From the sequence record CAXMZZ020000009.1: 32,000 nt of DNA; one strand, given 5' to 3'. The translations under genes were made by a program, and so were the position numbers. Below are positions 29,330-32,000 of the stretch, piece by piece; position 1 is the first letter of the stretch; each line of letters starts with the position of its first letter. The notes beneath the pieces are model-generated. The model was not told the origin of the DNA and searched no databases. It saw nothing but the letters and a program-made list of their open reading frames with translations.

Positions 29330-29334
29330 TTACT

Positions 29335-31092
29335 ATGAAAGAGGAAGATATTTTAGATAATCATGAAATACTTCCATATAATTTAACAGCTGAACGATTA
29401 GTTCTAGGAAGTATTTTAACAAATAGGAATACTATAGTCCCAGTTAGTCAAATTTTGACAATTGATTGTTTTTATTTAAATTTACATAAACAAATTTATA
29501 AAGCAGCCCTAATCCTATATGGTAAAGGGCAAAAAATAAATTTTGTAACGATAACAACATGGTTACAAGATAACAAAATTTTAGAAACAAAAGAAGAATT
29601 AGATACAATAACAGATTTATTATGTGAAATAATTCCGACTTCAGAATTAGATGAATATATTACTTTAGTATATGAAAAATATATTCGTCGTTGTCTTGTT
29701 GAATTAGGTTATCAAATTGTTGATTATGGTTTTCTTACTGAACAACCATTAGAGATATTATTTAAGGAGATTGAAAAAAAATTCTTAAAAGTAAGTCAAA
29801 AACAACAGACAAAAACATTTAGTGGTGTTGCAGAAATTTTAACAAATATTATTCTAGAAATAAAAGAACGCTTAAAAACATCGACTTTACCAGGTTTAAC
29901 ATCTTCATATTTTGATTTAGATGCAATTACTCAAGGATTTCATAATTCAGATTTAATTATTCTTGCTGGACGGCCTTCAATGGGAAAAACAGCTTTTTCT
30001 TTAAATTTAGCTAATAATATTGCTGTTAATTATAAAATAGGAATAGCCTTTTTCAGTTTAGAAATGACTAAACAACAATTACTTTATAGACTTTTATCTA
30101 CAGAAACAAATATTAGCCATGTAAGGCTTCGATCAGGCCGAATAACTAAAAATGAATGGCGAAAAATTAATGATACTGTTAAAAATATTGCTAATTTAAA
30201 ATTATATATAGATGATACGCCCAATATTTCTGTTGCAGAAATTAATTTTAAATTAAAAAAATTAAAACTTGAAAAACAAGATGATATTGGTTTAGTTATA
30301 ATCGATTATTTACAATTATTAGAAGAAAATAAAAAGACCGAAAATCGTGTACAAGAATTATCAAAAATTACTCGTAATTTAAAAAAATTATCTCGTGAAT
30401 TAGATGTTCCTATTATTGTATTATCACAATTAAGTCGAAGCGTTGAAGCTAGAACAAATAAAAGACCAATGTTATCAGATTTACGAGAAAGTGGATGTTT
30501 TCTGGTTAATCCAAAATTTAATAAAACTTGGATAAAACTTAATAAAATTCAAAAATTTAAAATATTAAGTTGGAATGGAAAAAATTTTAATCAACAAAAT
30601 TTAATAAATTCCCGTTATACAGGTTTAAAACCTATTTATATTTTAACGACTTATTTAGGTCGTAAATTATTTATAACAAGTAACCATAAAATTCTTACAA
30701 AAGTAGGTTGGAAAAGAATTGATTCGTTAACTAAAAATATTTCAATTTGTATAAATTTATTTAGAAATAATTCTAATAATAAATGGATTTTTGAAAAACA
30801 AAAATTAATTTGGGATAAAATTATAAAAATTGATTATTTAAATGTAAATAAAGTTTATGATTTTCAAATACAAAACTTTCCGAATTATCTTTCAAATGGA
30901 ATAATTCTTCATAATTCTATTGAACAAGATGCTGATGTTGTTTTGATGCTTTATCGAGATGAGTATTATAATACGGATAGTTTAGAAAAAAATATTATTG
31001 AAATTATTGTTGCAAAACATAGAAATGGGCCTATTGGTTCAGCTAAACTTAAATTTAATTCAAAATATCAAAGATTTTCAAATATAAGTTAA
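29335..31092 (+). CDS. dnaB: Replicative DNA helicase DnaB, interrupted by a mini-intein
   Basis: 585 aa. N-terminal domain P.N..AE..VLGSIL, Walker A LAGRPSMGKTAFSLNLA, Walker B GLVIIDYLQLL, then SQLSRSVEAR..KRPMLSDLRESG | intein | SIEQDADVVLMLYRDEYY. Without the insert it is 445 aa. Confidence 0.97.
   Translation: MKEEDILDNHEILPYNLTAERLVLGSILTNRNTIVPVSQILTIDCFYLNLHKQIYKAALILYGKGQKINFVTITTWLQDNKILETKEELDTITDLLCEIIPTSELDEYITLVYEKYIRRCLVELGYQIVDYGFLTEQPLEILFKEIEKKFLKVSQKQQTKTFSGVAEILTNIILEIKERLKTSTLPGLTSSYFDLDAITQGFHNSDLIILAGRPSMGKTAFSLNLANNIAVNYKIGIAFFSLEMTKQQLLYRLLSTETNISHVRLRSGRITKNEWRKINDTVKNIANLKLYIDDTPNISVAEINFKLKKLKLEKQDDIGLVIIDYLQLLEENKKTENRVQELSKITRNLKKLSRELDVPIIVLSQLSRSVEARTNKRPMLSDLRESGCFLVNPKFNKTWIKLNKIQKFKILSWNGKNFNQQNLINSRYTGLKPIYILTTYLGRKLFITSNHKILTKVGWKRIDSLTKNISICINLFRNNSNNKWIFEKQKLIWDKIIKIDYLNVNKVYDFQIQNFPNYLSNGIILHNSIEQDADVVLMLYRDEYYNTDSLEKNIIEIIVAKHRNGPIGSAKLKFNSKYQRFSNIS
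30496..30915 (+). mobile_element. DnaB mini-intein (140 aa, no homing-endonuclease domain)
   Basis: An in-frame insert lies between the universally contiguous DnaB residues RESG and SIEQDADV. It starts with Cys (CFLVNP...), has block B TxxH (ITSNHKILT), and ends ...VYDFQIQNFPNYLSNGIILHN followed by +1 Ser. All canonical splicing residues are present. Confidence 0.9.
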
Positions 31093-31185
31093 ATATAAAG
31101 ATTAAAACCAAAATTTATCCTTTTCTCTAAACTTAAATTTAGAGAAAAGGATAAATTTTGGTTTTAATCTTTATATTTAACTTAT
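31084..31185. terminator. Perfect 48-bp inverted repeat with 6-nt loop, shared by the convergent 3' ends of dnaB and chlI
   Basis: Left arm 31084-31131 is ATAAGTTAAATATAAAGATTAAAACCAAAATTTATCCTTTTCTCTAAA. Right arm 31138-31185 is its exact reverse complement. The outermost 9 bp of each arm are the last two codons plus stop (ATA AGT TAA = Ile-Ser-stop) of dnaB and of chlI. Confidence 0.85.
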
Positions 31186-32000
31186 GTCAAAAATCTCTTC
31201 AAAAACTTTTTTAACTTTATAACCAGAATCAATTGATTCTAATGGATCTTTTCGTAAACGATGTCTTAAACATAAAACAATAATTTTTGAAATGTCATCG
31301 ACTGTTACTTTATTGCGTCCATCAAATGCAGCATATGCTTTAGCAGCTCTATTTGTTACAATATCTCCTCTTAAACCATCTACATCTAATTCACTACAAA
31401 TTTTAGAAATATTTACACGTAAATCGTATTCAATTTCAACTTCTGGAAGTAAATTTTGAGCATTAATAATTTGTTGTTTTAATTCATCTTGTTGTTTTTG
31501 ATATTTTTCAATCCATATTTGTGGATTTGCATCAAATAAAGTTCTTTCTTCTACAATTTTTACACGTAAATTAGGATCTTTTACAGTTCTAATTTCGGCA
31601 TGCATTCCAAATCTATCTAATAATTGTGGACGTAATTCCCCTTCTTCAGGATTACCTGATCCAACTAAAACAAAACGAGCTGGATGACGAATAGAAATAC
31701 CTTCACGTTCAACAGTATTCCAACCCGAAGCAGCAGAATCTAATAAAATATCAACTAAATGATCATCTAATAAATTAACCTCATCAACATATAATATGCC
31801 ACGATTTGCTTTTGCAAGTAATCCAGGTTCAAAAGCTTTTACTCCTTCAGTTAAAGCTTTTTCAATATCAATAGTTCCACAAACTCTATCTTCAGTTGCT
31901 CCTAATGGTAAATCTACCATTGGAATTTTAATATAATTTATTTCTATATTGTCTTGAGATATATTTGGTACTAATTCTGCATCATCAGGATGTAAATTAA
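31177..32000 (-). CDS. chlI: Magnesium chelatase subunit I (N-terminal part lies beyond the right edge of the window)
   Basis: [82 protein letters not shown] is near-invariant ChlI (AAA+ Walker B/sensor region). The frame stays open upstream of the ORF-track Met to position 32000 (...[29 protein letters not shown]), so the gene is truncated by the window. Confidence 0.97.
   Translation of the reverse strand, partial: NLHPDDAELVPNISQDNIEINYIKIPMVDLPLGATEDRVCGTIDIEKALTEGVKAFEPGLLAKANRGILYVDEVNLLDDHLVDILLDSAASGWNTVEREGISIRHPARFVLVGSGNPEEGELRPQLLDRFGMHAEIRTVKDPNLRVKIVEERTLFDANPQIWIEKYQKQQDELKQQIINAQNLLPEVEIEYDLRVNISKICSELDVDGLRGDIVTNRAAKAYAAFDGRNKVTVDDISKIIVLCLRHRLRKDPLESIDSGYKVKKVFEEIFDIS

Overview
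This window is a contiguous piece of a very AT-rich plastid genome of the red-algal type. I infer this from gene content and order; no database search was possible. Positions 1-14868 (minus strand) hold the fused ribosomal-protein supercluster typical of red-lineage plastids: rpl3-rpl4-rpl23-rpl2-rps19-rpl22-rps3-rpl16-rpl29-rps17-rpl14-rpl24-rpl5-rps8-rpl6-rpl18-rps5-secY-rpl36-rps13-rps11-rpoA-rpl13-rps9-rpl31-rps12-rps7-tufA-rps10. The rest carries rpl33-rps18, ycf3, atpB-atpE, tatC, petA, five tRNAs (Thr-UGU, Val-UAC, Arg-UCU, Asn-GUU, His-GUG), a one-helix HLIP gene (ycf17), ycf33, ilvB, thiS, rps1, pheT/syfB, psb28, rpl9-dnaB and the 3' part of chlI. The plastid-encoded pheT, ilvB, thiS, rps1, rpl9 and dnaB together point to Rhodophyta rather than green or diatom plastids. 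Two genes below the ORF-track cutoff, rpl36 and ycf17, were found by hand. I see no CRISPR array, transposon, defence locus or other clearly novel multi-gene system; this is conserved core plastid DNA. The items most worth a second look are: (1) an unassignable ~300-codon open N-terminal extension fused in frame to ilvB; (2) a 140-aa mini-intein in dnaB at the classic RESG|SIEQD site; (3) a 48-bp perfect inverted repeat between convergent dnaB and chlI that includes the last two codons and the stop codon of both genes; (4) other perfect 3'-end hairpins; (5) a 425-bp ORF-free spacer with a 20-bp all-A/T hairpin; (6) a few sigma70-like promoter candidates. All product calls rest on my recognition of conserved motifs in the translations.
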